Below, in pieces: positions 1-8,715 of a DNA stretch of 64,000 nucleotides. Location: NCBI GenBank assembly GCA_016703945.1, contig JADJBC010000041.1:131558-195557 (forward strand), written 5' to 3'. The position numbers were made by a program, and so were the translations under genes. Below the pieces are notes generated by a model that saw only the letters and a list, made by a program, of their open reading frames with translations, made no database searches and was not told the origin of the DNA. The stretch is from Candidatus Aalborgicola danicus. Its GTDB lineage: Bacteria; Pseudomonadota; Gammaproteobacteria; Burkholderiales; Burkholderiaceae_C. The stretch's first letter is position 1, and the number at the start of each line of letters is the position of its first letter.

Positions 1-1068
1 CAGGGTCAACAGAGCCAGCACCAACACCACCGGCACAAACACGGCGCTGACCTTGTCTACCAGCCGCTGAATGGGTGCCTTGGCGGCCTGGGCATCTTCC
101 ACCAGACGGATGATGCGGGCCAGCACCGTGTCCACACCCACGGCGGTCACCTGCAGCACCACGCGACCTTCGCCGTTGATGGAGCCGCCGGTGAGCTTGT
201 CGCCAACGTCCTTGCGCACCGGCAAAGGTTCGCCGGTCAGCATGGACTCGTCGACCTGGGTCTGTCCCTCACTCAGGGTGCCGTCCACCGGAAAACGTTC
301 ACCGGGTTTGACGGCGATGTGATCGCCCACCATCACATCCGCCACGGGTACATCGACCTCCCCATCGCGTCCCAGCCAGTGCGCCACATCGGGGCGCAGC
401 GCGTGCAAGGAACGGATGGCGGCCGTGGTCTGGCGTTTGGCACGTGCCTCCAGCCACTTGCCCAGCAGCACCAGCGTGATGACCACGGCCGAGCCTTCAA
501 AGTACAGGTGCACCATGGCGCCGTCGGGTGCGGTCAACCACAGCCATACCGACAAGGCCCAGCCAGCGGTGGTGCCGATGGACACCAGCAGGTCCATATT
601 GCCGCTGCGCGCCAGCAGGGCATGCCAGCCGGCCTTGTAAAAGCGCGCACCGAGGATGAACTGCACAGGCGTGGCCAGCACAAACTGCAGCCAGGCCGGC
701 AGCATCCAGTGCTGGCCGAAGAGGTCGCCCACCATCGGCAGCGCCAGCGGTGCCGACAACAACGCGCCGATGGCGACCGGGCCAAAGCCGGCCCAGGGCG
801 AAACGGATTCCAGCGCGTCGACCTGTGCCGGGGTGCGCACCTCATAACCTGCATCGCGCACGGCGCGGCGCAGGCGGGCTGGCATCTGGTCGGCATCTGC
901 GTAGGTGATGCGCGCCGACTCGGTGGCCAGGTTGACAGTGGCTTCCTGCACGCCCGGCACTTTTTTCAAGGCCTTTTCAACACGGCCCACACACGAGGCA
1001 CAGGTCATGCCGCCGACGGCAATGTCCAGACTGAGGTTGGCGGCAGAGGGGGAGGTTATGGTGTCCAT
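1..1068 (-). CDS. copA: Copper-translocating P-type ATPase, N-terminal part (runs off left edge)
   Basis: Minus-strand translation from ATG at 1068 gives [50 protein letters not shown]..., an HMA domain with GMTCxxC. It continues in frame to ...[20 protein letters not shown] at position 1. It is absent from the ORF track because no stop lies in the window. Confidence 0.9.
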   Translation of the reverse strand, partial: MDTITSPSAANLSLDIAVGGMTCASCVGRVEKALKKVPGVQEATVNLATESARITYADADQMPARLRRAVRDAGYEVRTPAQVDALESVSPWAGFGPVAIGALLSAPLALPMVGDLFGQHWMLPAWLQFVLATPVQFILGARFYKAGWHALLARSGNMDLLVSIGTTAGWALSVWLWLTAPDGAMVHLYFEGSAVVITLVLLGKWLEARAKRQTTAAIRSLHALRPDVAHWLGRDGEVDVPVADVMVGDHIAVKPGERFPVDGTLSEGQTQVDESMLTGEPLPVRKDVGDKLTGGSINGEGRVVLQVTAVGVDTVLARIIRLVEDAQAAKAPIQRLVDKVSAVFVPVVLVLALLTL

Positions 1069-1075
1069 GGGGCAG

Positions 1076-1106
1076 AGCCTAAACCTTCTCACCATGGAAA
1101 GGTCAA
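1076..1106 (-). promoter_or_regulatory. Candidate MerR/CueR-type promoter-operator for copA (19-bp spacer)
   Basis: On the minus strand: TTGACC (1106-1101), a 19-nt spacer containing the imperfect dyad ACCTTTCCATGGTGAGAAGGT, then TAGGCT. The layout resembles the over-long-spacer promoters used by MerR-family activators. Confidence 0.45.
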
Positions 1107-1133
1107 GGGTTCTCCACAGATTTCACAAGTGGC

Positions 1134-1164
1134 TTGACTCTCCCACCATGGTAAGGTTCACACT
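1134..1164 (+). promoter_or_regulatory. Candidate MerR/CueR-type promoter-operator for copZ-cueR
   Basis: TTGACT (1134-1139), a 19-nt spacer centred on CCATGG as in the divergent site, then CACACT. It lies 30 nt upstream of the copZ start. The dyad is weaker than at the copA site. Confidence 0.35.
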
Positions 1165-1195
1165 ACCGGTTTTGCACACCAACCAAGGAATCACC

Positions 1196-1393
1196 ATGAA
1201 CCAGACTTTTACCGTTACCGGCATGACCTGCGGCCACTGCGAAAAGGCCGTCACGCGCGCGCTGCAGCAGGTGGACCCGCAAGCGCAAGTGGTGATTGAC
1301 CGGGCCCAAAACCGCGTGCAGGTCGAATCCACGCAAGCGCGCGAAGCCCTGGCGCAGGCCATTGCAGAAGAAGGTTATGCCGTCGCCAGCTGA
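1196..1393 (+). CDS. copZ: Heavy-metal-associated (HMA) copper chaperone
   Basis: MNQTFTVTGMTCGHCEKAVTRALQQVD... has the MTCxHC metal-binding motif and is 65 aa long. An AAGGAA RBS lies 8 nt upstream. The 905 start of the tracked ORF is a shadow extension. Confidence 0.9.
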   Translation: MNQTFTVTGMTCGHCEKAVTRALQQVDPQAQVVIDRAQNRVQVESTQAREALAQAIAEEGYAVAS

Positions 1394-1859
1394 AGCCCGC
1401 CTTCCCGGAGACAGCAAGCCTGCGACTGGCGAAAGCACAGGGTCTCTGGTCAATATCGGCCAGGCGGCAAAGTTGTCTGGTGTGTCGGCCAAGATGCTGC
1501 GCCATTACGAGTCGCTGGGCCTGCTGGGCCAGGTGGTGCGCACCGACAGTGGCTACCGCCAGTACACGTCGACAGACGTCAACACCCTGCGTTTCATCAA
1601 GCGCAGCCGCGACCTGGGTTTCTCAATGGCCGAGATTGCGGAGCTGGTGAACCTGTGGCAAGACCGCAGCCGCGCCAGTGCCAGCGTCAAACACATCGCA
1701 CAGAAGCATCTGGACGAACTCGGCACCCGTATTGCTGCCATGCAGGCCATGCAGCGCTCGTTACAAGACCTGTTGCAACACTGCCATGGGGATGCACGCC
1801 CGGACTGTCCGATTCTGGATGACCTGGCGGGGGGGCAGTCCCCTGCGCCCTGCCATTGA
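1377..1859 (+). CDS. cueR: MerR-family Cu(I)-responsive transcriptional regulator
   Basis: VNIGQAAKLSGVSAKMLRHYESLGLL...RTDSGYRQY is the MerR HTH. The C-terminal CHGDARPDCPI matches the CueR metal-binding loop (C-x7-C). The start is uncertain: the ATG at 1377 has a GAAGAAGG RBS and overlaps the copZ end. Confidence 0.85.
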   Translation: MPSPAEARLPGDSKPATGESTGSLVNIGQAAKLSGVSAKMLRHYESLGLLGQVVRTDSGYRQYTSTDVNTLRFIKRSRDLGFSMAEIAELVNLWQDRSRASASVKHIAQKHLDELGTRIAAMQAMQRSLQDLLQHCHGDARPDCPILDDLAGGQSPAPCH

Positions 1860-1875
1860 AGGCTGCCGCCAGTCG

Positions 1876-4032
1876 TCAGTTGCAGCCAGACTGGGCCTTC
1901 CAGATCGCCAGATCACCCAGATTCACCACCCCTTTGCCGGACGACGCGGCGAAGTAGTACAGGCTGTCATCAACACTGGAGCTGGCGAGGAAGGTATTGG
2001 TGGCGGGGTAGTAGCGGTAGTAATAGGGTGCCAGATCACCGGCCGCAGCACCGGCCAGCGGAAACGCACTGGGCACGCTACGCTCGCCCCACGCAAAAAT
2101 GCAATCCGACAGGCTGCCACTGGTCACCATGGTGAGCGGGCGGCTGGGCTCCTCAATGGGCATGCCGTCGCGCCAGAGCTGGGCGCGCAACTTGATGGGT
2201 CGTGCACTATTGGGCGGGAGTGTCAGCGCGGGTGCGGTGTTGGCACTGGTGTCGGCTATGGGCAGGCTTTGAATGAAACCGGTGCCACTTTGGAACCAGC
2301 GAACTTGCAAGCCCGTATTGGCCCCGGCCACGCTGGCGGCAGTGTGGCTGGAAACCATGCGCTTCTGGGTGTTTTGGGCGATGCGCGTGGCCGCCGGAGC
2401 CAAACCGCTGGCGTCTATGGCCTGCGAGATGGACAGGGTGTAGAACCCGCCCGCTGTGGGATTCGGCGGCCTGAGTACATAGAAGCTACGCCAGGTTTCA
2501 CTGTCAGACGACGTGCGTTGGGCGCAGCCTGTGCCAGTCACCCGAAGCAGTGGCCCCACCGCCGTGCCATTGGCATAGACGCCATTGAGCTGGAACTGCC
2601 CGCCCTCGCTGCACAGTTTCAGCGTTGCGGTACCCGCCAATGGCGTAGCCAGTGTGATGGAGTCCACATCATCCGCCTGTGCGGCGACGGGCTCGCTCAA
2701 TTGACCCCGGATGGTGAAGGGCAGCGCCGCCACCTTGGTCCCCGCATTCAGATCGTTCGAGTAGTCACCACCTGCGCTGTCGGCTTCCTTGACGACCACG
2801 TTGTCCACCAGGCCGTCGCAGTCATTGTCCAGACCATCGGCAATTTCGGTTTTCCCCGGTGCGATGGCTGCGTTGTCGTCGCGGCAATCCACAAATCGGT
2901 TGGAGCCGTCGTTGTCGCTGTCCAGACAACCCGGGAATGGCGTTGGATAGGCTGCAGCTCCGGCCAGACCCGGGCCCTGGTACCACTTGAATTGGCTGGC
3001 AATACAGCGCGTGTCCTTCTGTGTCACTTTGGCTAATGACAGCAGCATGGCATCACTGGTCTCTTGCGGCGTGTCATAAAACACACCCGCCAGCGAGCTC
3101 GACACGCCGTCCGCCAGCCAGGCCTTGACTTGCGCGCCTGTCATTTGCTGCGCCACCACAGTAAAGAAGCTGCCGACCAGGTAACGGGCCTCGGCGCTGG
3201 CGCAGGCTGGCACATCGTTGGGTGCAGCGGCGCAGTCGGCCCAGGTCAGCGCCGGGTTGGACAGAAAGGGCTTCCAATAGGTGCCCAACCAGTCGCTCAG
3301 CACCACATTCGGCCGTTTGATTTGCGAGCCGCCGTCTGCCATCTTGGTCTGCACCCGCGCATACCACTCCTGCAACACCGTGGTCCAGTTGTGGCTGGGG
3401 TCGGGGCCATAGGCCCAGGCCGACATCACATCAAAGTTGTGCGCCAGTTCGTGCACAAAAACATTGGTCAGAATATCGTCGTCCAGGCCGATTTCATCCA
3501 GCACGGCATTGCTGTATTCGGTGGAATCCCCCGGGGCAAAGGCCAGACCATAGAAGTTGCTCGGTTCATTGGGCAATATGGCAAATACCTGTTTGCCCCG
3601 TGGGTCACTTTGCAGCGTCGGAGCCCAGCCCAGCAATTCCTTGTAACTGGCGTACAGCATGTCCAGCCGGTCTACCAGGGTTTGGATCCGCACCGCATTC
3701 AGCTTGGCGCTTCTGGGGTGCACCGTGGGGATCAAAAGGGTGACGGCAGCGCCGTCGTAACGCGAGACCGTGAAGGTTTGCACTGGTGTGCTGAAGGTGG
3801 TGTAGCTGATGGTTTCGCCCCAGCACGGCGAACAGGCGGTGGTACCAAAGTTGATGCGGGACGCAGCACTGGTACGGGTCTGAACGTGCGCCTGGGGCTG
3901 TCGCACGTAGTCCGGAGTAGCGCCAGGTTGCGGCAACCGGGGTACGGCGTTGGCACCAGCCACGCCACAGACCAGCAGAAATGCCATGCAAAAGATGGGC
4001 AGTACCCGACGGATGGCTTGGCAAGTGGGCAT
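1876..4032 (-). CDS. Secreted HExxH metalloprotease-like protein with MopE-type DNDCDG metal-binding motif
   Basis: 718 aa. N-terminal signal peptide (MAFLLVCGVAGANA). VHELAHNFD is an HExxH zincin motif. DSDNDGSNRFVDCRDDNAAIAPGKTEIADGLDNDCDGLVDN matches the Cys/Asp-rich repeat seen in MopE-like copper-binding proteins. Confidence 0.75.
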   Translation of the reverse strand: MPTCQAIRRVLPIFCMAFLLVCGVAGANAVPRLPQPGATPDYVRQPQAHVQTRTSAASRINFGTTACSPCWGETISYTTFSTPVQTFTVSRYDGAAVTLLIPTVHPRSAKLNAVRIQTLVDRLDMLYASYKELLGWAPTLQSDPRGKQVFAILPNEPSNFYGLAFAPGDSTEYSNAVLDEIGLDDDILTNVFVHELAHNFDVMSAWAYGPDPSHNWTTVLQEWYARVQTKMADGGSQIKRPNVVLSDWLGTYWKPFLSNPALTWADCAAAPNDVPACASAEARYLVGSFFTVVAQQMTGAQVKAWLADGVSSSLAGVFYDTPQETSDAMLLSLAKVTQKDTRCIASQFKWYQGPGLAGAAAYPTPFPGCLDSDNDGSNRFVDCRDDNAAIAPGKTEIADGLDNDCDGLVDNVVVKEADSAGGDYSNDLNAGTKVAALPFTIRGQLSEPVAAQADDVDSITLATPLAGTATLKLCSEGGQFQLNGVYANGTAVGPLLRVTGTGCAQRTSSDSETWRSFYVLRPPNPTAGGFYTLSISQAIDASGLAPAATRIAQNTQKRMVSSHTAASVAGANTGLQVRWFQSGTGFIQSLPIADTSANTAPALTLPPNSARPIKLRAQLWRDGMPIEEPSRPLTMVTSGSLSDCIFAWGERSVPSAFPLAGAAAGDLAPYYYRYYPATNTFLASSSVDDSLYYFAASSGKGVVNLGDLAIWKAQSGCN

Positions 4033-4143
4033 GAAGTTCCTTGTAGGTGGCTGGTCGGTTCTGCATTCTGGCAGTGCCGTCCTGCGGCGGCAAGGTCTTT
4101 TCCAGACCGTCTTTTTCGGTTTGCCGGCCGCTACACTGCTCCC

Positions 4144-4803
4144 ATGTTGGACCCTTGCTCCCTGTACCCCGCGTTGGCCCGGGTATCACCTTCTCTGCCA
4201 TCGCTGGGGCTCTCTACTGGTCCCATGACGGTGGCGCCTGGCACCGTGTTGTTTGATGAAAACGCATCCTGCCAGGGTTTTCCGCTGGTGATGGAGGGTG
4301 AGGTCAAGGTGTCGCGTCACTCGGCCGACGGACGCTCGCTGGAGCTGTACCGGGTGGTGCCTGGCGAGCTGTGCCTGGCGTCCAGCGCCAGTTTGTTTCG
4401 CAGCCAACCCCTGATGGCCCAAGGCGTTGCCACCAAATCGACGACGCTGTTGCTGATTCCGCCGGTGGTGTTTGCGCAGTGGTTGGAGACGCCTGCATTT
4501 CGTGACCAGGTGTTGGGTCTGTTTGCCGAACGTATGGCGGACCTGACCGGGCTGATTGACGCCGTGGCTTTCCAGAAACTCGACCAGCGTTTGGCGGCGG
4601 CCCTGTTGGGGCGTGGTCAAGACCTGGCTTTGACCCACCAGGAGTTGGCCGACGAGTTGGGCACGGTGCGCGAAATTGTGTCGCGCCTGCTACGTCGCTT
4701 TGAACGGGAAGGCTGGGTGGAGCTGGCGCGCGAACGTATCCACATCAACAACAGTGCCGCTCTGCGCCTGTTGGCCGGCGACGCCAGCAAGGCCCGGCCT
4801 TGA
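4144..4803 (+). CDS. Crp/Fnr-family transcriptional regulator
   Basis: cNMP-binding fold (GTVLFDENASCQGFPLVMEGEVKV) plus a C-terminal HTH (THQELADELGTVREIVSRLLRRFEREGWV). Only the last 220 aa of tracked ORF 3064..4803 are real. The upstream part is antisense to the 1876..4032 gene. Confidence 0.85.
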   Translation: MLDPCSLYPALARVSPSLPSLGLSTGPMTVAPGTVLFDENASCQGFPLVMEGEVKVSRHSADGRSLELYRVVPGELCLASSASLFRSQPLMAQGVATKSTTLLLIPPVVFAQWLETPAFRDQVLGLFAERMADLTGLIDAVAFQKLDQRLAAALLGRGQDLALTHQELADELGTVREIVSRLLRRFEREGWVELARERIHINNSAALRLLAGDASKARP

Positions 4804-4823
4804 CATAAGGCAATCTCGGTTTT

Positions 4824-4846
4824 AAGATGCAATTTATATACATCTT
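4824..4846. promoter_or_regulatory. NsrR-like 11-1-11 inverted repeat upstream of nnrS
   Basis: AAGATGCAATT-T-ATATACATCTT lies 9 nt before the nnrS ATG. It closely resembles the NsrR operator pattern AAGATGyATTT-n-AAATrCATCTT, which I recalled from memory. Confidence 0.55.
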
Positions 4847-4854
4847 AAATTGCC

Positions 4855-6060
4855 ATGTCACCATCCCCCTTGATCCAACTGAAGGAAGCCCCCGCCACGG
4901 ACGGCGGCGCGCCCAATTTGCAGGCATTCCTTGAACTGGGATTTCGCCCGCTGTACCTGGCCGGTATCTCCTGGGCGCTGATCGCCGTTGCCCTGTGGAT
5001 CTACGCACCGTCGGTTTTGACCGGCCCCTTGCAGGGCATCGCCTGGCATGCCCACGAGATGTTGTGGGGCTTTATTGCCACCATTGCTGTGGGCTTTCTG
5101 ATGACGGCGGGCAGCAACTGGACCGGCATCAACCCGCTGCAGGGCCGCGCCCTGGGTGCCGTGTGTGGCCTGTGGCTACTGGCGCGCGTAGGCTTTCTGG
5201 TCAATAGCCGTACTGCTTTTTGGATCGCCATGGCCTGCGAGCTGGCCTTCTTCGGGTTGGCGGCACTGGCCATGATGCGCGCGGTTTACCGCTCCAAAAA
5301 CACGCGCAATTACGCCGTGCCCTGGCTGCTGGTCGGGTTGGCCGTCGGCGACGCACTGTACCTGCTGGCGGCGCTGGCAGGTGACTACGCGCTGCTGATG
5401 GTGCGTTTTAATGCGGCGCTGGTGGTCATGGCCTTGATTGCGCTACTGATCGGGCGCCGGGTGATTCCCTTTTTTGCCATGCGCGCTGTACCAGGGCTGG
5501 ACATTCCCAAACACACGACCTCCGGCCAGGTGCAATTGGGGGCCTGCACGGTGGCGGCGCTCAGCCAACTGGCCGGTTGGCCGGTGCTGACGGCTCTGGC
5601 TCTGGGTTTGGCCGGTCTGCTGGCAGCCGTCCAGGTACTGAGCTGGAAACCGCTGGCGGTGCGGCACAACCCGCTGCTGTGGATTTTGTACGCCGGTTAT
5701 GGCGGTATCGCGCTGGGCCTGTTGAGCGCCGCGCTGGCCAGTGCCGGGGTGGCGCTGCCACGGGTCCTGCCGGTGCACCTGATTGCCATGGCCGGCTTCT
5801 CCGTGCTGATCATTGGCATGGTGACCCGCACATCCCTGGGCCACCTGGGGCGGCCCTTGGCAACCGACGCCAGCATGCGCGCCAGTTATTGGCTGATGCT
5901 GCTGGCAGCGGCCTTGCGCCTGGCTGCCATGGCCGACACCGCCTGGGTCAGTGGTCTTTTGTACCTGGCGGCTGGTGCATGGGTGGGGGGCCTTGGCCCT
6001 GTTTCTGTGGCGTTTTGCACCGATGCTGGTTCGCCCCCGCCTCTAAGGTTGCAGCGCTGA
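4855..6060 (+). CDS. nnrS: NnrS family heme-copper membrane protein (NO-stress associated)
   Basis: 401 aa polytopic membrane protein with the NnrS signature region GIAWHAHEMLWGF...TAGSNWTG. Confidence 0.9.
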   Translation: MSPSPLIQLKEAPATDGGAPNLQAFLELGFRPLYLAGISWALIAVALWIYAPSVLTGPLQGIAWHAHEMLWGFIATIAVGFLMTAGSNWTGINPLQGRALGAVCGLWLLARVGFLVNSRTAFWIAMACELAFFGLAALAMMRAVYRSKNTRNYAVPWLLVGLAVGDALYLLAALAGDYALLMVRFNAALVVMALIALLIGRRVIPFFAMRAVPGLDIPKHTTSGQVQLGACTVAALSQLAGWPVLTALALGLAGLLAAVQVLSWKPLAVRHNPLLWILYAGYGGIALGLLSAALASAGVALPRVLPVHLIAMAGFSVLIIGMVTRTSLGHLGRPLATDASMRASYWLMLLAAALRLAAMADTAWVSGLLYLAAGAWVGGLGPVSVAFCTDAGSPPPLRLQR

Positions 6061-6177
6061 GCCCACACCACGGGAGGCGGGCCAGCGGAGATTTTTCCTC
6101 TGTGACAGATGTCACAGACGGACGGACGGACTCAGCATCTAATACGCCCATTACCCACTCGCTCCAAGGAATTCAGC

Positions 6178-6375
6178 ATGCAATCCAACGTTGGCGGTAT
6201 TGACCGCATTCTGCGCATCGTCGCCGGTCTGGTTCTGATCGGTCTGACCCTCACCGGCAATATCGGCCTGTGGGGCTGGCTGGGCGTGGTGCCGCTGGCC
6301 ACCGGCGCCATCGGTTGGTGCCCTCCCTATGCCATCTTTGGCTGGAGCACCTGTTCCGTCAAGAAACCCGGCTAA
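6178..6375 (+). CDS. DUF2892 (YgaP-like) small membrane protein
   Basis: MQSNVGGIDRILRIVAGLVLIGL...GAIGWCPPYAIFGWSTC is the typical DUF2892 sequence. An AAGGAA RBS precedes it. Confidence 0.8.
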   Translation: MQSNVGGIDRILRIVAGLVLIGLTLTGNIGLWGWLGVVPLATGAIGWCPPYAIFGWSTCSVKKPG

Positions 6376-6382
6376 CGTCAAA

Positions 6383-6431
6383 TGCTACTAATTTGATAGC
6401 TATTAACGCTTATTTCACGGGGGCTACGGCC
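6383..6431 (+). repeat. Family A dispersed ~50-bp repeat, copy 1
   Basis: tgctactaatttgatagctattaacgcttatttcacgggggctacggcc matches the family consensus tGCTAT-n7-ATAGCTGCTnaCGCa-n5-7-CACGAGGGCTAgaGcc. Confidence 0.8.
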
Positions 6432-6439
6432 CCCTTTTT
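6419..6439 (+). terminator. Intrinsic terminator after the DUF2892 gene (built from the 3' end of repeat A1)
   Basis: GGGGGC-tacg-GCCCCC stem-loop followed by TTTTT. Confidence 0.6.
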
Positions 6440-6545
6440 GTCTTTGTAATCGGTTGTTACTGCGGTCAGCCGAGCGCAGACCCTGGTCGTTAAGGGATGA
6501 CAAACCGCTACGTCTAGCGGTAGGGGCTCAGGCCCATCCATCGCC

Positions 6546-6953
6546 ATGCACACCAACCGTGTTTTGCCTACCCCCACTGTTTCACTCCATAAACCCGTGC
6601 TGAACGCCCACTGGTTGGGCCTGTTGCTACTGGCCAGCGGAATGGCTGCGCTGGCACCCCAGGTGCATGCGGAACACCGGTACCCCGCGCAAGGGCCGGT
6701 TGTCCGGGGCTACCAGGGTCCGGACTATCGGCCACTGGTGCGTGTGCAGCCTGCGCCACCGGTGGTGCCGCACCGTTACCTTCGCAGCTACACCGATCCC
6801 CGCCCGGTCGTCATATGGCAACCGCCGCCCAGGCTTGGCCACCGCCACGGGCACTGGTATTCGCCGTACGGCAATGGGCACCGCCATGGATACGAGTCCC
6901 ACTATGCCCCTGTGGTCAAACAGTACGGACCGCCCCGCTATGTTTACCGGTAA
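6546..6953 (+). CDS. Hypothetical secreted Pro/His/Arg/Tyr-rich protein
   Basis: Signal-peptide-like N-terminus (LGLLLLASGMAALAPQVHA) followed by low-complexity PxxHRY/HRHGH segments. No recognisable family. Confidence 0.45.
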   Translation: MHTNRVLPTPTVSLHKPVLNAHWLGLLLLASGMAALAPQVHAEHRYPAQGPVVRGYQGPDYRPLVRVQPAPPVVPHRYLRSYTDPRPVVIWQPPPRLGHRHGHWYSPYGNGHRHGYESHYAPVVKQYGPPRYVYR

Positions 6954-6981
6954 CTGAGACCTTTCAGCGGCTTTGTCTGGG

Positions 6982-7890
6982 TTATGCCGCTGCCATCTCG
7001 CCGCTCAGGGCCTCGATCAAATCCGGGATCAGCTTGCGCAGTTCACCAGTGGCAATGGCCACGTCGGCATCGAAGTTATCGTCCTTGCCATCGGCCGGAC
7101 TGGCCGCAGCGCCTTCAAACACACTTTCCAGAAACGCAAGTTTCTTGAGTTGCAAGGCTTCGGTCAGCACAAAAGAAACCCGGTCGCTCCAGGTCAGCGC
7201 CAGGCGGGTGGGCACCTTGCCCATGGCGATGTGCTGGGTCACTTCTTCGGTGTCGAGGGCATGGCGGGTGTATCGCACCACGGCACGGGATTCGTCCGCC
7301 GCCTTGAGTTCACACTCGCGGTCCACACTGAAGCCCGGGGGTGCCTCCTTGGTCGACAGCCACAGGCCCATGGCCGATGCAGGAGATGTCTGGGTGTTGA
7401 CCAGCTGCACGACCAAGCCGTCCACCGCCTTGATCAGCCAGGTAATGACCTCGTCGGCCTTGGCCTGGCTACCGGCATCGGTCAGCAGGTAACCGGCCGC
7501 CGGATCAACCCACACCTGCACGCTGGACTGTTTGCTGAACGCCATGGGCAGCAGGGCCAGGCGGGCGTCATCGGTTAACTCCCGTGTTTCCTTCTTGCCG
7601 GGCTTGCGTCCGGTGGTCGCTTCGATGTGGTCCAACTGCTCTTGCACCTTGCGTTTGACCACCGAGCCCGGCACTACCTTGACCTCCATCATCAGCTTGA
7701 GCAGCCATTGACCACCCACCACTTCGACCAACGCCCCATGGGCGTGGCCACGCGGCTCGACCCAGCCAACGGACTTTTCCTGTGACGCGCCGCACTCCAC
7801 AAAGTGCGCCTTTTCCAGCGCCGCTTCCAGGGGCTCCGCCACGTTCGGCCAGCCCGACACCAGGCGGTAAATCATCAAATTCTTGAACAC
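6982..7890 (-). CDS. rdgC: Recombination-associated protein RdgC
   Basis: 302 aa. MFKNLMIYRL...FVECGASQEKSVGWVEP...LLPMAFSKQSSVQVWVD is collinear with RdgC. Confidence 0.9.
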   Translation of the reverse strand: MFKNLMIYRLVSGWPNVAEPLEAALEKAHFVECGASQEKSVGWVEPRGHAHGALVEVVGGQWLLKLMMEVKVVPGSVVKRKVQEQLDHIEATTGRKPGKKETRELTDDARLALLPMAFSKQSSVQVWVDPAAGYLLTDAGSQAKADEVITWLIKAVDGLVVQLVNTQTSPASAMGLWLSTKEAPPGFSVDRECELKAADESRAVVRYTRHALDTEEVTQHIAMGKVPTRLALTWSDRVSFVLTEALQLKKLAFLESVFEGAAASPADGKDDNFDADVAIATGELRKLIPDLIEALSGEMAAA

Positions 7891-8137
7891 GTAGTCGCCT
7901 TTTTCAGTTTAGAAACTTGCGGGACAGACCGCAGTCGCGTAGCGACAAGCTCTGTCGCCAACACTTTAGGATTTCGCTTGAGGGCTGTATTGTCATCGCA
8001 ACGCACAAGCAGAGATTTCATGCAACTTTACAAAGCCTTATCGTGGCGCAATCGGAGTGATACACAAGCATTCCATACTTGCAACCAGCCTGATCGCGAT
8101 GTCCGCGTCAGACGCCTACACAGAAAAGGAAGTCACC

Positions 8138-8707
8138 ATGAAATCAGGTTTCAAACCACTCCTCGTATCCGCGTTGTTGGCCAGCGCTGGTTTTGCTGCG
8201 TTCGCGCAACAACCTTCCGCCCAAGACATGAACCGCGCGCACCCCAACCCCATGATGGGCATGGGTGCCCCCATGCAGCAGGGCGGCCCCATGGGCATGC
8301 GCGGGAAAATGGACCCCGCACGCATGGAAGCCATGATGGCCAAACGCCACGCCGAAATGAAGGCCAAGCTCAAGATCACGGCGGACCAGGAAGGCGCCTG
8401 GACCAGCTTTACCGCGGCCATGAAACCCATGGCAGCGATGGACCACAAACAGCCCGACCGCGCCGAGATGGACAAACTGACCACGCCCGAACGCATCGAC
8501 AAAATGCGTGCCCTGCGCGCCGAACGCATGACCGCCATGAATGCTGCGATGGAAAAGCGTGAGGACGCCACCAAGACCTTCTACGCCGCCCTCAACGCCG
8601 ACCAGAAGAAGGTATTTGACGCCGAACATGCACGCATGGGCGCACACCGTGGTGGCCATCGGGCCTATGGCCCCAACCGGGCGGCCAGCAAACCGGCCGC
8701 GCAATAA
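8138..8707 (+). CDS. Periplasmic Spy/CpxP-family (LTxxQ-motif) protein
   Basis: Signal peptide MKSGFKPLLVSALLASAGFAAFA. Repeated xTADQ / LNADQ motifs and a Met-rich region (MMGMGAPMQQGGPMGMRGKM). AAAGGAAG RBS. Confidence 0.75.
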   Translation: MKSGFKPLLVSALLASAGFAAFAQQPSAQDMNRAHPNPMMGMGAPMQQGGPMGMRGKMDPARMEAMMAKRHAEMKAKLKITADQEGAWTSFTAAMKPMAAMDHKQPDRAEMDKLTTPERIDKMRALRAERMTAMNAAMEKREDATKTFYAALNADQKKVFDAEHARMGAHRGGHRAYGPNRAASKPAAQ

Positions 8708-8715
8708 GTCTCTAG

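Noticed and set aside
319-1137. 272-aa + strand ORF, along with similar long ORFs: 1678..3036 (+), 13367..14461 (-), 14852..15739 (-), 15752..16699 (+), 30937..31968 (+), 31987..33027 (+), 36741..37757 (-), 44612..45400 (-), 57650..58573 (-), 61441..62853 (-).
   Set aside because: They lie antisense or out of frame to genes with clear family signatures. Their products are Arg/Gly/Ala/Pro/His-rich low-complexity sequences, typical of shadow ORFs in GC-rich DNA.
3064-4143. 5' two-thirds of the 579-aa ORF 3064..4803.
   Set aside because: This part is antisense to the secreted HExxH gene and has no domain. Only the last 220 aa (from the ATG at 4144) form the Crp/Fnr protein.
7960-8000. Possible degenerate ninth family A copy (..tagcgacaagc..cgcttgagggctgtat).
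   Set aside because: Only the GAGGGCT end matches. The GCTAT/ATAGC hairpin and the central block are absent.
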